This document shows, piece after piece, positions 26,573 to 37,150 of a stretch of DNA of 56,955 nucleotides (position 1 is the stretch's first letter; the number at the start of each line of letters is the position of its first letter). The translations under genes were made by a program, and so were the position numbers. The stretch is taken from the NCBI GenBank assembly GCA_018398765.1, contig JAHBMJ010000129.1, positions 1 to 56,955 on the forward strand. The letters run 5' to 3'. Source of the DNA: Chromera velia. Lineage: Eukaryota. Under the pieces are notes generated by a model that was given only the letters and a program-made list of their open reading frames with translations, was not told where the DNA came from and searched no databases.

Positions 26573-28193
26573 ATCTATCTATCTATCTTTCTCTCTATTC
26601 ATGCCGTGTTCTTGTGAGTAAGGCCTTGCAGTCATTGAAGTGAACGAACGATGGACGCATCTGTCCTCTTCTTTTTTTCTTGCAGTCTCTTCTTCCCTTT
26701 CCCAGCAGACGGAGAGGACAGAAGAGACAGACATGCTGGACCCTTCCCAGATCCAAAAACTGGAGGCCCTCGGACCGATCTTTGCCCACCTCTCCAAGCT
26801 GAACCCCTCCCGTTTCTCCGGCCTTGCCACTGCTTTGACAGCAGTCCAGGCATCCTCCCAGACGTCATCCAAACAGAAGGAAGAGACATCCAGTGACAGC
26901 CCCGCCAGCGCAAAAAGTGAACAAATCGCCCCCCCTCCCCCTCCCCCTCCCCCTCCTACTGCGAGACAGAGAAACCCTGCAGAAGATGCTCAGACCCTCA
27001 GGTCACTTCTCACAGAGTCTCCTAAGGGTCCCTCATATCTCGGACTTCTAGGCGTAAAGGCAAACTCCACAGCACCCCTGAAACCGCCTCCCAGCCCGCC
27101 TACTCAAAAAGCCCTTGTTCAAGCCCCGTCGGTCATGAATAAAGACTCCCCGAAGGCGGCAACAGCAGGCGCGGCTGCTCCTGTCCCCGTCGATGAGGGT
27201 CAGCAGGCACTTCTCGCCTCTAGCTGCATGTGTGTCGAGGCTTTTCTTTGTACACCCTATCTCGGCCTTCTTCCTGATTTCTTCCCCTGCTCCACGGCCT
27301 TTGCCTTTTGAGAACGCAGGAGAGGGAAAAAGGGCAAAGGAGACCACTCTCTCTGTCTTCGTCTTTAATTGCATCTGCATGCGCCTGCTTTTTTGTCCCG
27401 TTGGGGTTGAAAGATGCACATGCACCACGCCGCATTCATCCCTCCTCTTTCTACCGTCTTTTTCCCCCCATTCCCTTTTTGAACGTTCATTCTTCTTGCA
27501 GAGATCGCCAAAGTCCTTCAGTCTCTCAGCGCTCTCCGCCCCTCCGAGTTCCTCCAGTTGGCCTCGCAACTGAACAAGAAGACAAAGGGAAAGGGGGGGG
27601 GAGGGAAGGGAGAGAAACAGCAAGGCACTTTGGATCGTGCAACAAAGAGAAATCTTCGGCTGAACGAAAAATCACAAACCGACCAGGAAGCTCTCAAAGA
27701 GGCCACAAAGAAAACTCGTCAGGTCCTCAAAAAGCTGGCTCAGCTTGTCAGTCGACTATTGAAGGCAGACAAATAAGGAGGAAAAGCGTTTGTTCTCCAT
27801 GTTCGCAGCATGAATGAATGAATGAATTCAAAAACAATCCATGGGTCCTGGATTCCCGACATACGTACACGCGCACGGACTGTACACTTTTACACTTACG
27901 CAGATCCCTGAGCACACGCGCAGGCGCCCGCGCGCTCTCGATCGTTGACTTTCCTTCTCTCCGTTTTGTTCCCTCTCTGACTTACTGGCATCACTGTGGC
28001 GAGCTCTCCCGTAACAACATTTTCCTGTTACATTCTCGCCGAACGAAAAAAAAGTGACGTTTTGTTTTCTCACTTTCCTTCCTGCCTGCCTTCCTGTCTG
28101 CAGGACTCTGGCCGAGCTGCCCAACTGGGGGCCCTTCTGTCTTCTTTGGTGACTGCAGAGGGCGAGGGGCAGGCTCCGCAACTGAAGGGATAG
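23580..28193 (+). CDS. Uncharacterised, probably secreted protein with repeated L-x3-[DNS]P-x-x-[YF]-x-x-[VL]-x-x-L motif
   Basis: Tentative exons 23580-23627, 23727-23927, 24071-24133, ~24316-26101, 26686-27198, 27502-27764 (or stop at 27776), 28104-28193. The spliced N-terminus MIRIMIRASAVVLGALILLGGTSEA looks like a signal peptide. The 26101/26686 and 27198/27502 junctions are phase-consistent; the others are less certain. Confidence 0.7.
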
Positions 28194-28645
28194 AGAACAG
28201 GAGGGGAAAGAAGGGAAGGGAAGGAGAGGGGGGGTGACTGGGTGCGGATTGAGGATAGATCAACTTTTTCTCTTTTCCGTCCCTTCAACCTTTCTCCTTT
28301 CTTGGATTCCTTCGTAGTTCCTTTCTGAAGGCCTTCAGTTCTTTCCATCCATCCATCCATTTGTTTTCTCATTCCGTTATGCCATTCGTGCTGCCTGAAT
28401 GTCTCTTCAAACTGTGCGTTGAATTTAATACCTGCACACAACTCAAATCCCGTGTTTCGTTGCTTCGATCTTTGCTTTCACGGGTTTGAAAGCTAAAGTT
28501 GGGCAGGCAGCTCGGGTCGATTGGGCATCTCTTTGCCTTCAATGACCTCGAGGGGGTGTGGTCGGTTGCAGCTTGTGGACGGATGGACTGATGGCAGTAT
28601 GTACCAATAATAAATGAAAAAATGCTGCAGCGCCAACACACACAT

Positions 28646-28685
<40 letters not shown>

Positions 28686-30065
28686 AGAGAGGGAGAGAGA
28701 GAGAGACAAAGAGAGTGACAGAAAGACAGAAACAGAGAAAGAAACACACACACACAGATGGAGAGAGAGAGAGAGAGATAGTCGGGCAGGCCATCATCTC
28801 TATGGACGCTTCGTTTTGTTTGAGACCAAGGGAATGAAAAATCAAGTATGAGAAATAAAGCACGCTGGTTTCCCTTTGACCTCACCAGCTTCAGCGCATC
28901 GGGACGGTATCTTGGAGGAGTTTATTTTCATCCTTTCAGTTTGACTCCTTCCCGTGTTTCGCCTTCATCGTTCAACAATGCATGGAAGTCGTGCGAGACC
29001 GGCATGGCAAAATGGAGCAACCCAATCAGGCCGTCAGCCTTTCACTGCAAGATCGAATGCTGTTGCCTTCTTTCCTTCCTGTCTGCATGGCGTTAGGAGG
29101 CTCGATCACATAAGGAGAGAGGGAGATCGAGAAAAGAGAAGAAAGCAAGGGCTCAACACAGAAAGAAACACATGCAAGCAGGCATCGAACTGGGCACCCA
29201 CGCACACCACTGTGAGGAAAGATGCACTCTGCAGAGCGCAGAACCATCTTTGCAGACCGATCAGTGTATGCGACTACGCTTGCAAAGAGCTTTCACGAAA
29301 ATCATACAGAGCGAATTGTCTTGACAGTCAGATGAGTCTGCGTTCATTGACAAGTTCAAAGGTCGATTCAAACATCGAAGAGAGTCGATCAATTTGCAGA
29401 GTTGATTGACTACAGCAGCTAGTCAGGTTGTATGTCTTGATGGGGGCTGCATCCGGAGCATGGCGGTTTCCCCGACAATTTTTCACAAATGATAAAAACT
29501 TGGAATCTATATGAAAATTATAGTAAGTTTTATAATTCAATTTCAATTCAACATAATTCAACAAACTTTTTAAATATGAACTTGAATCTAGATATGAATT
29601 AATTTATTTTGTATGTAATCTACTTTAAATCTGGCTATTCTATATACTTCAAGTTCGATCAACGTTCGGATCAATCTAGGAATCAACGATGATCATATTT
29701 TCAGGGCTGTTAGACCACTATTGGTTTTCACGCATACATGTATCTCTCTCCTAAAGTCACTTACGATGAAGTTGCTAATCGATATGCTAGTTTTCAAACA
29801 TCTAATGTAGTGATTAGTGGTGCCTTAGAGCACTGTCGCCGTTTTGTCTTATAGAGGTCGCCCCCGTAGCACGGAAACAATGAATCAATCAACATCGCAG
29901 ATATCAAATCAATCAAAATCAAATCAAATTAGTCAGTAAACTAATTAATCAATGACGAAGCTCACAATTAATAATAAAAAACGTGCCTCATATACTATGA
30001 TTGACCCCGTTTATAAAGATAATTAATTAATGGTTTTATTAATATATGTAAGTCACAGTTGTGTC

Positions 30066-30483
30066 TTATTCGTCGTCTTCATCCTCCCATTTATCTTCGT
30101 CCGTGTCGATCTCGTTGTCCTCCCCATCTTCTGAGCCTTCATCATCTCCCCAGACATCGTCACTCGATTCATCTAAAGATTCTGATAGTAGTAGTAACTA
30201 GAGTAGTAAAGAAGGAAGCTTCCCCCCCTCTTTCGCTTTCATGACCAGCTCCTTCTTCCAAGAATCTGTGAACCCCCTTTGCAAAGCAAGACGCTTCAAA
30301 TTCGGAAGCGACTGCGGTTGAAGGGCCTGGAGGAACGAGGTCAGCCCCTCCGCATCGAAAGGGTTGCCTGATAAATGTAGTTCGGTCAGAGATAGCGTCT
30401 TTTTCTCTCCAAATACCTCCCCCAGCAGATGCATCCCCTCATTTGTCAGACTGCAATCTAACAGTTCGAGACTGCCGATGTAT
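30066..30483 (-). pseudogene. RNI-like leucine-rich repeat gene, 3' part (split by DNA transposon)
   Basis: LxxLxL repeats (IGSLELLDC, SLTELHLSGN, LPNLKRLAL, KLPSL) and an acidic tail. In-frame stop at 30198. Confidence 0.8.
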
Positions 30484-30577
30484 CGCAACGCGGCGGCGGG
30501 TCATACAGATGTGCATGGACCAATTAGAACCCGTCGCCAGACCTTAACCGGCTCAAAAATTTCATGACTTGTCTAGA

Positions 30578-30918
30578 CTGGTCTGAGTATCAGATGACTG
30601 TTATTCGACCTAAACGAAGTTGCTGGAGTGTCAGTCGGTTCTGAAAACACTGTCAAACCTCTTCAAAACCTCCCTGGACTCTGTCTGGACTCGCATCTGA
30701 GGGACTCAGTATTGATTTTGAACTCCGTTTTCGACCACTAGTGTTTCGTTCAGTCTATCTGAGTACCAGACGACTATTGTTCGACCTAAACAAAGTTGCT
30801 GGAGTGTCAGACGGTTTTATAAACACTGTCAAACCCCTTCAGACCCTCCCTGAACTCTGTCGGGACTCTAATCTGAGGGACTTACTGCTGATTTTGAATT
30901 TACTGGTGTTGCGTTCAG
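30578..30918. repeat. Subterminal ~176-bp tandem duplication in the DNA transposon
   Basis: tctgagta...ttcgacctaaac..agttgctggagtgtcag...atctgagggact occurs at 30582 and again at 30758. Confidence 0.85.
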
Positions 30919-30919
30919 T

Positions 30920-33743
30920 ATATATGTCATTCTGGCATACATTGTTGTGGTCCACGACGCTCGATGGCAAGGGGTGGACTTTTCACAGAGACCCCGATCT
31001 ATTGGTGTCACCAACTGGTCTGGAAGCCCGCTTTTCCCTGCAGGAGATCTTTCTGCTGGAGAAAGTATATTGGAGGGCAAATCCGGTCCCAGAGGGACAT
31101 GTGTTGACTGCAGAAGAACTCTCCAATCTGCCCCCCCAGGTGTGTTTGCCCGCATTCCTGTCAGCTCCAGCACTAAGACTGATCGCTTCTGACTGTCCGA
31201 TTCTGTGCTCTTGTACTCCAATGGTACGCTGATCAGGGACAAAACTTCACATGGTTCGTGATGTGCACTGTTGCGTGCAGGTGACCTTCTTCTCTGGGGT
31301 GACGGCGGGCAATGTTGGACTGAAGACGGTCGACTCGACCTACACCCAAGGACGCCTGTTCTGGGGCACAGACCTCCCCCCAAGCATACAGCTGCACGGG
31401 GGGATTGTGATGTGTGGGAGTTGGGATTGGGGGGGTAGGAAATTTCAGGATGTCTGTCTCGAGTTGCTCCGTGTTTGTTCGGACGGTGTGTGGATTTTTT
31501 GCTCCCTCGCCCACAAAGTCCTCAGCATCAAGAGAATCAGGGTTCAGATGTTGGAGGTGTTATAGGATGACGTTTCTTGTATGGACGGAGCAGTGAGGCA
31601 GTGGAAGAGGGTCTATCGGCCGCTTTCTGGAGGAGGAGGAAGTCTTCAGCAGACTGATGGGGGTTGGAAAGTGATGGTCAAACTGAAGAAGTAGCAATTG
31701 GTATTGGAGAAAAAGAAAACAGACGGGGGATATATGTAAGTAAACAAAGAATGGGGGAAGGAAGGGCGACATGAAACGCCATTTGGTCCCAAGGGTGTTC
31801 AGAGAAAGAGAAACATCAAAGAGGGGGAGATGAGAGATCCTTCGAAGGTTACATTCTGGGCACGGACGTCTCGGAAAGGCTAGTCGGAAAGGGGGGCTCA
31901 CAAAGGCCGTTGCAGCGGGGGAAGGGGTGCAGCAAGCCTGCACGCCCCTGGCAAATGCGGAGGAGTGGCAGACTCCGAGGGGGGAGAGGTCGAAAATAGA
32001 TGAAGTGGGGGGGGAGGAGGCCAGCCCTTCTAGGAGAACGAGAGGGCAGGTCAGAAGGGAAGAGGGGGGGGGAGGAGAAGAGTCGAATTCCATGGGAGGG
32101 GGGCCTGCACATGCTCTTGTGCACGGAGAGGCGGAAATTGATAGGCAGGTGGTGAAGGTTCTGATTTGACAGAGCGGGCAGACAAAGCCCGTTGTTCCCC
32201 CTGAGAGTGACAGTGACCCTGACTCTTCTTCAAAGTCAGATAGTCCTTCTAAGAGAACGAGGGGGCAGTCCAGAAGGGAAGGGGGGGGGAGAGGAGAAGA
32301 GTCAGGTTCCGCAGGAGGGGGACCTGCACGTGCTCTTGTGCACGGGCAGGCCGAAGTTGATGGAGAGGTGGTGCAGGTTCTCATTCGACAGAGCGGGCAG
32401 ACAAAGCCCGTTCTTGCCCCTGAGAGTGACAGTGACTGTGACTCTTCTCCAAAGAGGGGGCAGAAAGGGCGCATATGGGTGCCAAAATTGAGATGCCAAT
32501 TAAAGGAAGATGCTTTCACGATGTCTAATAGAATAGCATTTAAGAGGGGGGTTAATTGTTGGTGGGAGCAGGATTGTAGAGAGGGGTCGAAGTTCTCTCT
32601 CCAACTACACATGCACCACTTGTTACAGAATCTGCTTTGGAGGACGAAACATCACGGTGCAGCATCACACTGGCAGTCGCAGACGGGTGTATGTCTGTCG
32701 AAGCAGGTAAACAGTACAAAAAGCTGAGGGAGAGACTGGCAAAAAACATAGAGCACCTGCGAAAAATTTTGAAGGAGGGGGGAGAAGATGAGATTGAGGA
32801 GAAAAAAGAAGAGGACGAGACACAAAAAGAAATTCTCTTCATAGAATCTGAAGAGAATGAAGAGAATGAAGAGAGAGGACGTGAGGGGGGGGTTGAGGGT
32901 GAGGACGTGAAAGGAGTCACACAAACTGCCCATGCTTTGACCCCCCTTGTCAACTCCTTTTGCAAGAAGGAACAGAAGTTGTCAGCGAAGGGTGCTGTCG
33001 ACTGCGGGTGTAGGAAGGGAGAAAACTGCCATGTCGCATATATGGTTGCCCTTGATGAGTTTTTCAAAGGGCGAAAGTACGCCATGAAATTCTGTCCCAT
33101 CAAAAACGCACAAGGAAAGATGGTGTACAAAAAAGTCCACATGAACGGAAGAGACTCCAAAAAATTCTCAGACGATTTTGAGATGATCATGGAGATTCTC
33201 CACTTCCTTGCACAGTGTCGTTTGCACCGTGCAGTGGAAACGTTCATAGAAGTTGTCGGGATCGCTTGAAAAGTCTCTCCGATGAGCTCTGATTTCATCG
33301 CAGAGTTTCCCGAGACGTCCTTGGCATGGGAGACAAAGTGGAAACATGTCTTTGGGAGGCACTGGACAGCGTAGAATATGACAAGCCATTACACTGCCAT
33401 CCACACGTACATTCTGCTGCTCATGGAGCGCACGTTTGAGGGGCTGTGGAACAATCAGGTGATGGAAGCTGCCTTTGGAGATCTCTGACGGGTGATGAGG
33501 GGGGGGCAAGGAGGCATAGGAGCAAACTGGGGGACAGCAGGGGGGCTTCACCGCAACCTCTTCTGGGACGTTCTCATGTGCAACTGGAAATCATTTGAGC
33601 TGGGGGCGCACCCCGAAAATGAGGGAGCCTTTGCAGCACATTCAAAGGCAATGCGCAGGGGGATGTTGGGGGCACCCGATGATGAGGAGGAAGAAAGCGG
33701 GGAAAGGGAGAGGGACGGGGAAAGAGAGAAATTCAATGAATGA
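30920..33743 (+). pseudogene. DDE transposase remnant, RAG1/Transib-like
   Basis: Candidate motifs in order: LRVCSDG (31482), GDMK (31765), LQLHMHHLLQN (32605), HMNGRDSKKF (33141), HYTAIH (33387), GLWNNQVME (33441-33467). Several stops and frameshifts; the start is uncertain. Confidence 0.65.
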
Positions 33744-33991
33744 TTCGACTCACCATCTCACTTCTTCTTGCACAGTTCCTTCAACCGCTTCCAGACAGGA
33801 GGGGCCGCCGCCGCGGCGGATGAAGAGGAAGAGGCAGAGGAAGCAGACAGTGCCGCAGCAGAGGAAGAGGGTTGATCTGCAGACAGAAAAGACGGTATGC
33901 ATTTTGTGAATATCTGACAACAGTGTATGAATGGAGTACACAAATTATTGAGAAGCTTCATACACTAGGTTAACTGCTAGGTTAACTGCAT

Positions 33992-34094
33992 GAGAACGAC
34001 TGCCTCCCCCATGAAGGGTTCATCGGCAAAGAGAAAAGATAGTGAGAGAACGACTGCCTACTCATGAAGGGATCATCGGCAGAGAGAGAGAGAA

Positions 34095-34148
<54 letters not shown>

Positions 34149-34195
34149 CGACTGCCTTACCCATGAAGGGATCATCGGCAGAGAGAGAGAGAGAT
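33992..34195. repeat. Three ~40-bp direct repeats interleaved with (AG)n
   Basis: gagaacgactgcct.c.catgaaggg.tcatcggca.agaga at ~33992, ~34045 and ~34143. Confidence 0.85.
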
Positions 34196-35102
34196 GACCT
34201 GACCTTCTAAGGGAATTGGAGGCGCGTTCTTCTTCTTCCTGCGGTTCTCGAACTCTCGCTCCTCATCTGAAGTATCCAACTCGACTCCTACTCCGAAGCC
34301 TACAGCTGCCGTCACCTTGGCTGGCTCTGCATAAGCCCACTTGGTGAGCTTTCCCTCCGTCTTCCTCTTCTTCTTCTCACTCTTCCCCTCCTCCTTCTCC
34401 TTCACACTGTGCCTCTTCTCTTCCTCTTCCGTCTCCTCTGCCTCCAGCTCAAAAGTCCGGACGAATGTGTAGAGACAGAGAGAAGTCCCTTAGAAAAGGG
34501 CCTTCGAGCTGGCCGGATGTAGACAACAACCGCCGGGCAGCCCATGCCCGGCATGGCAGAGCTGTCTGCATCGTCATCGCAATAACTAAGCAGCTCGTTT
34601 GCGCTCTTTCTCTTCGACCCCCGGGCATATCTCCAGCCCTCCACACCAAAAAGAGTCCTTGCAGAGTCGCAGCTGAAGGTGAAGACGCACTCTCCGGAGT
34701 CTGTGTAGAACCCCCCGGCACCATAGAGAAATATCCCCCATAGCTTCCGCTGTTCTGCAACGCGGGCCTGCCCCCTCCATGCACGCAACTCCGGGAAAAA
34801 GGTGCCCTTCTGATGGGCGGTCAGGGGCAGCTCTTCAAACTCACCAGCAGAAATCACTGCATCCAGAAGTTCCGCCAGCATACCCTAATCAACAAAAATG
34901 CCCTTCGCTAGTTCCACCTCCAGGGGCACCCCTGCAGGGATCATGTCCATGGAGACCTCAGGAATGGTTGACAAGATGGGGGGAGGCGGTCGGAGATGTT
35001 TCCCAGACCTCAACATCGCCCCCCGAAGAGAAGTGGAGACGGAGGCCTGAAGATCAAAGAGATACTGAAAATCTTCCCCCGCAAAAAAGGATCAGACGCC
35101 AT
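34172..35102 (-). pseudogene. Second, convergent ORF of the DNA transposon, unknown product
   Basis: ORF pieces 34402-34881 and 34172-34405 plus an upstream in-frame segment (TIPEVSMDMIPAGVPLEVELAKGIFVD*). Basic NLS-like stretches. No recognisable family. Confidence 0.45.
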
Positions 35103-35474
35103 GGTTGGGGTTGCAGTCTACATCTGTTCTCACGTCTGTTCTAAACTCTGCTAAATAGAGGATTCTTCAGTCTAGAAGCGTGCACGTTCAGTCTGAGAAA
35201 CAGGAACACAAGGTAGAGGTCCATCCTTCAGTGATTGTGGCTTCTCACTGAAATTTGTGCGACTTTTGAGGCTGGTAAGAGGTGGCCCCGGAAAGTTTTA
35301 GCGCAAATTCTTGCACCAATGCACTCAACACCCTCTGAGGACCAATTTGGTACCTTTCTGGGCCCTGGGCGCCGCTGGAATCGCACGGACCGGCTTAACC
35401 GGCTCAAAAATTTCAGACCCTTCTAATTGCATGGTCCATACACATCTGTATAACCACCTTCCGCGTTGCGGCAT

Positions 35475-37150
35475 GGCATTTTCTCTAACCGCAGGCTCTG
35501 GCTGAGCGCTGCAATCCCCCCACCTTCTGCATCGTCCTCTCAAACTGCAGAGCCTGAAAGGTTTAGATGCTCAAGAGAAGGGAACCTTTTCTCAGAGGCA
35601 GACACAGCTCCAAAGAATGCATCCATTCCTTCCCTCCCACAAGTATTTCCACCCAAAAACAACGCCACAATTCGTCCCTAACAGCCTCCCCTAACATCCT
35701 CATACCCTCATCATCCCACCCTGTCTCCCTGAGCATCAGCCAGGAGAGGCTTGGCATCTTTCCAGACCGTAACGCCCCCGCGAAGGATGTGGCTCCCTCT
35801 CCTGCTCTGCTGTTCCAATCTAACCCAAGTTGACCAAGGCACGGTAGACCCCCCTGGGACTCCCGTACGCCCCTAAACAATCCTTCCATGTCTGCCATTC
35901 CAAAATTGTTACCACGTAAGAACAATTTAGTAAGTTGCAGATACTTCCCAACCCCTATTCCCTCCCCCAACCATGCCAAGTCCCGGTCTGTCAACCCTGC
36001 AAAATTTAACGTCACCTGTAATAAAACCAGCGGCAGACTCACACCGCAAAACACATCAAAAAACTGGCTCCCCCCCCCCCCCCCCCNCCCCCCCCCTCCC
36101 TTTCCGCATCGCTAGTCTATGAGACAGGTAATTTAAATACCTCTCCGTAGTCGCCATGGAATAACAACGTATGAAGTGAACTCAGACGACCCATATCAAG
36201 AGCAGCAAAGAGGGACGTCTAAATTTCTGCATCAATCCCTCCCCTATCACCCATTCTATACACCCACAGTGTGAGCTCTTCCCACGATGGTTTTTTAGGG
36301 GCGCTCATAACTGCCCTCAACAATTCAACACCTGCTTGACCAGCCAACTCTATATCAAGACTGCGAATGAACTCAAAACCTTCCCCACTCCCCAAAACTT
36401 ATGCGGTTTTTCGCTTCCACAATCCACGTTAACGTCTACAGTCTCTAGACGAGGCGGCTCACCAGACCTCAGAGCTGATACAAGAGCAGTGCCGGCATGC
36501 CAGTCCACACAAACACCCTTCAAATTTAATTTTTTCAGACGAGGCACTGCACTTCTCACCAAAGCACCTGCAAAAGAAACGAGCGCCTCCTTATCCAATT
36601 TATCAGGGGGCCAACCCCACTTCAATTCCAGACTTTCCAAGGAGGGCAGCTCTCCCGCCTTCAACCTCTCTGCCAGAGCCCTCCAGACTGCTGTGGACAG
36701 CGGCAGTTGTTGAGCTGCAGCTCCTGTAAGAAAGGAACTGTGTCTCTTCGCAGAAGCGAAAAAAACGTTTCTCCACTTCCGAACTCGGAGCAGCACAGTA
36801 GCAAGCTCTCTATCTTGAGAGGCTTTGCCTCTGCAAAAGCTGAGGAGAGGATTTACATTTTCTCATCATTCATTCGTATTCTCTTCAGGTTCAGAGACCG
36901 CAAACACGATAGCCTCCCTGCCCGTGTAGCTTATGCCAGTGTCTCCATCTCTGCACTGCCGAGGACGTTCCCTGCATGCATAGGCACCCGCATGGCCGGA
37001 TGTATGTAAACGGGGCGTCCGGCAAGAGATGATACAACAAAACATATGCAACGTTTGCTCGTGAGGCAAATTTGGCAGCCAAAAAAAGTGCACCAGGTCA
37101 CTCACCCACAAGCTGGCAGTCCCTTGTAGCTTCCATGAGAAGGAGACGGT
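35475..37150 (-). pseudogene. RNI-like leucine-rich repeat gene, 5' part
   Basis: Repeats GRLSCLRSLNL, GELPSLESLEL, AVPRLKKLNL, GKYLQLTKLFLRGNNFG, GLPCLGQLGL, GKMPSLSWLML and PSLEHLNLSG. Contains stops, a frameshift and an N at 36087. Confidence 0.8.

Larger units (their letters stand above)
30484..35470 (+). mobile_element. TIR DNA transposon with RAG1/Transib/Chapaev-like transposase (decayed)
   Basis: Imperfect ~45-bp TIRs with a perfect outer CGCAACGCGG. Flanked by GTAT (30480-30483) and GCAT (35471-35474). Removing the element restores the host LRR frame (EKMP-[Y/C]-IGSLEL). Confidence 0.82.

Noticed and set aside
31560..32612. 350-aa minus-strand ORF with CPLC/CPEC motifs
   Set aside because: It is antisense to the purine-rich duplicated part of the transposase, and its Pro/Ser/Leu bias is typical of a shadow ORF.
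34172..35102. RAG2 homologue
   Set aside because: No kelch repeats or PHD finger are recognisable; only the layout is similar.
30481..35472. Tc1/mariner assignment with TA TSD
   Set aside because: It needs two mismatches (TA/CA plus the terminal base) versus one for the 4-bp TSD model, and no DD34E/D motif is visible. Not fully excluded.
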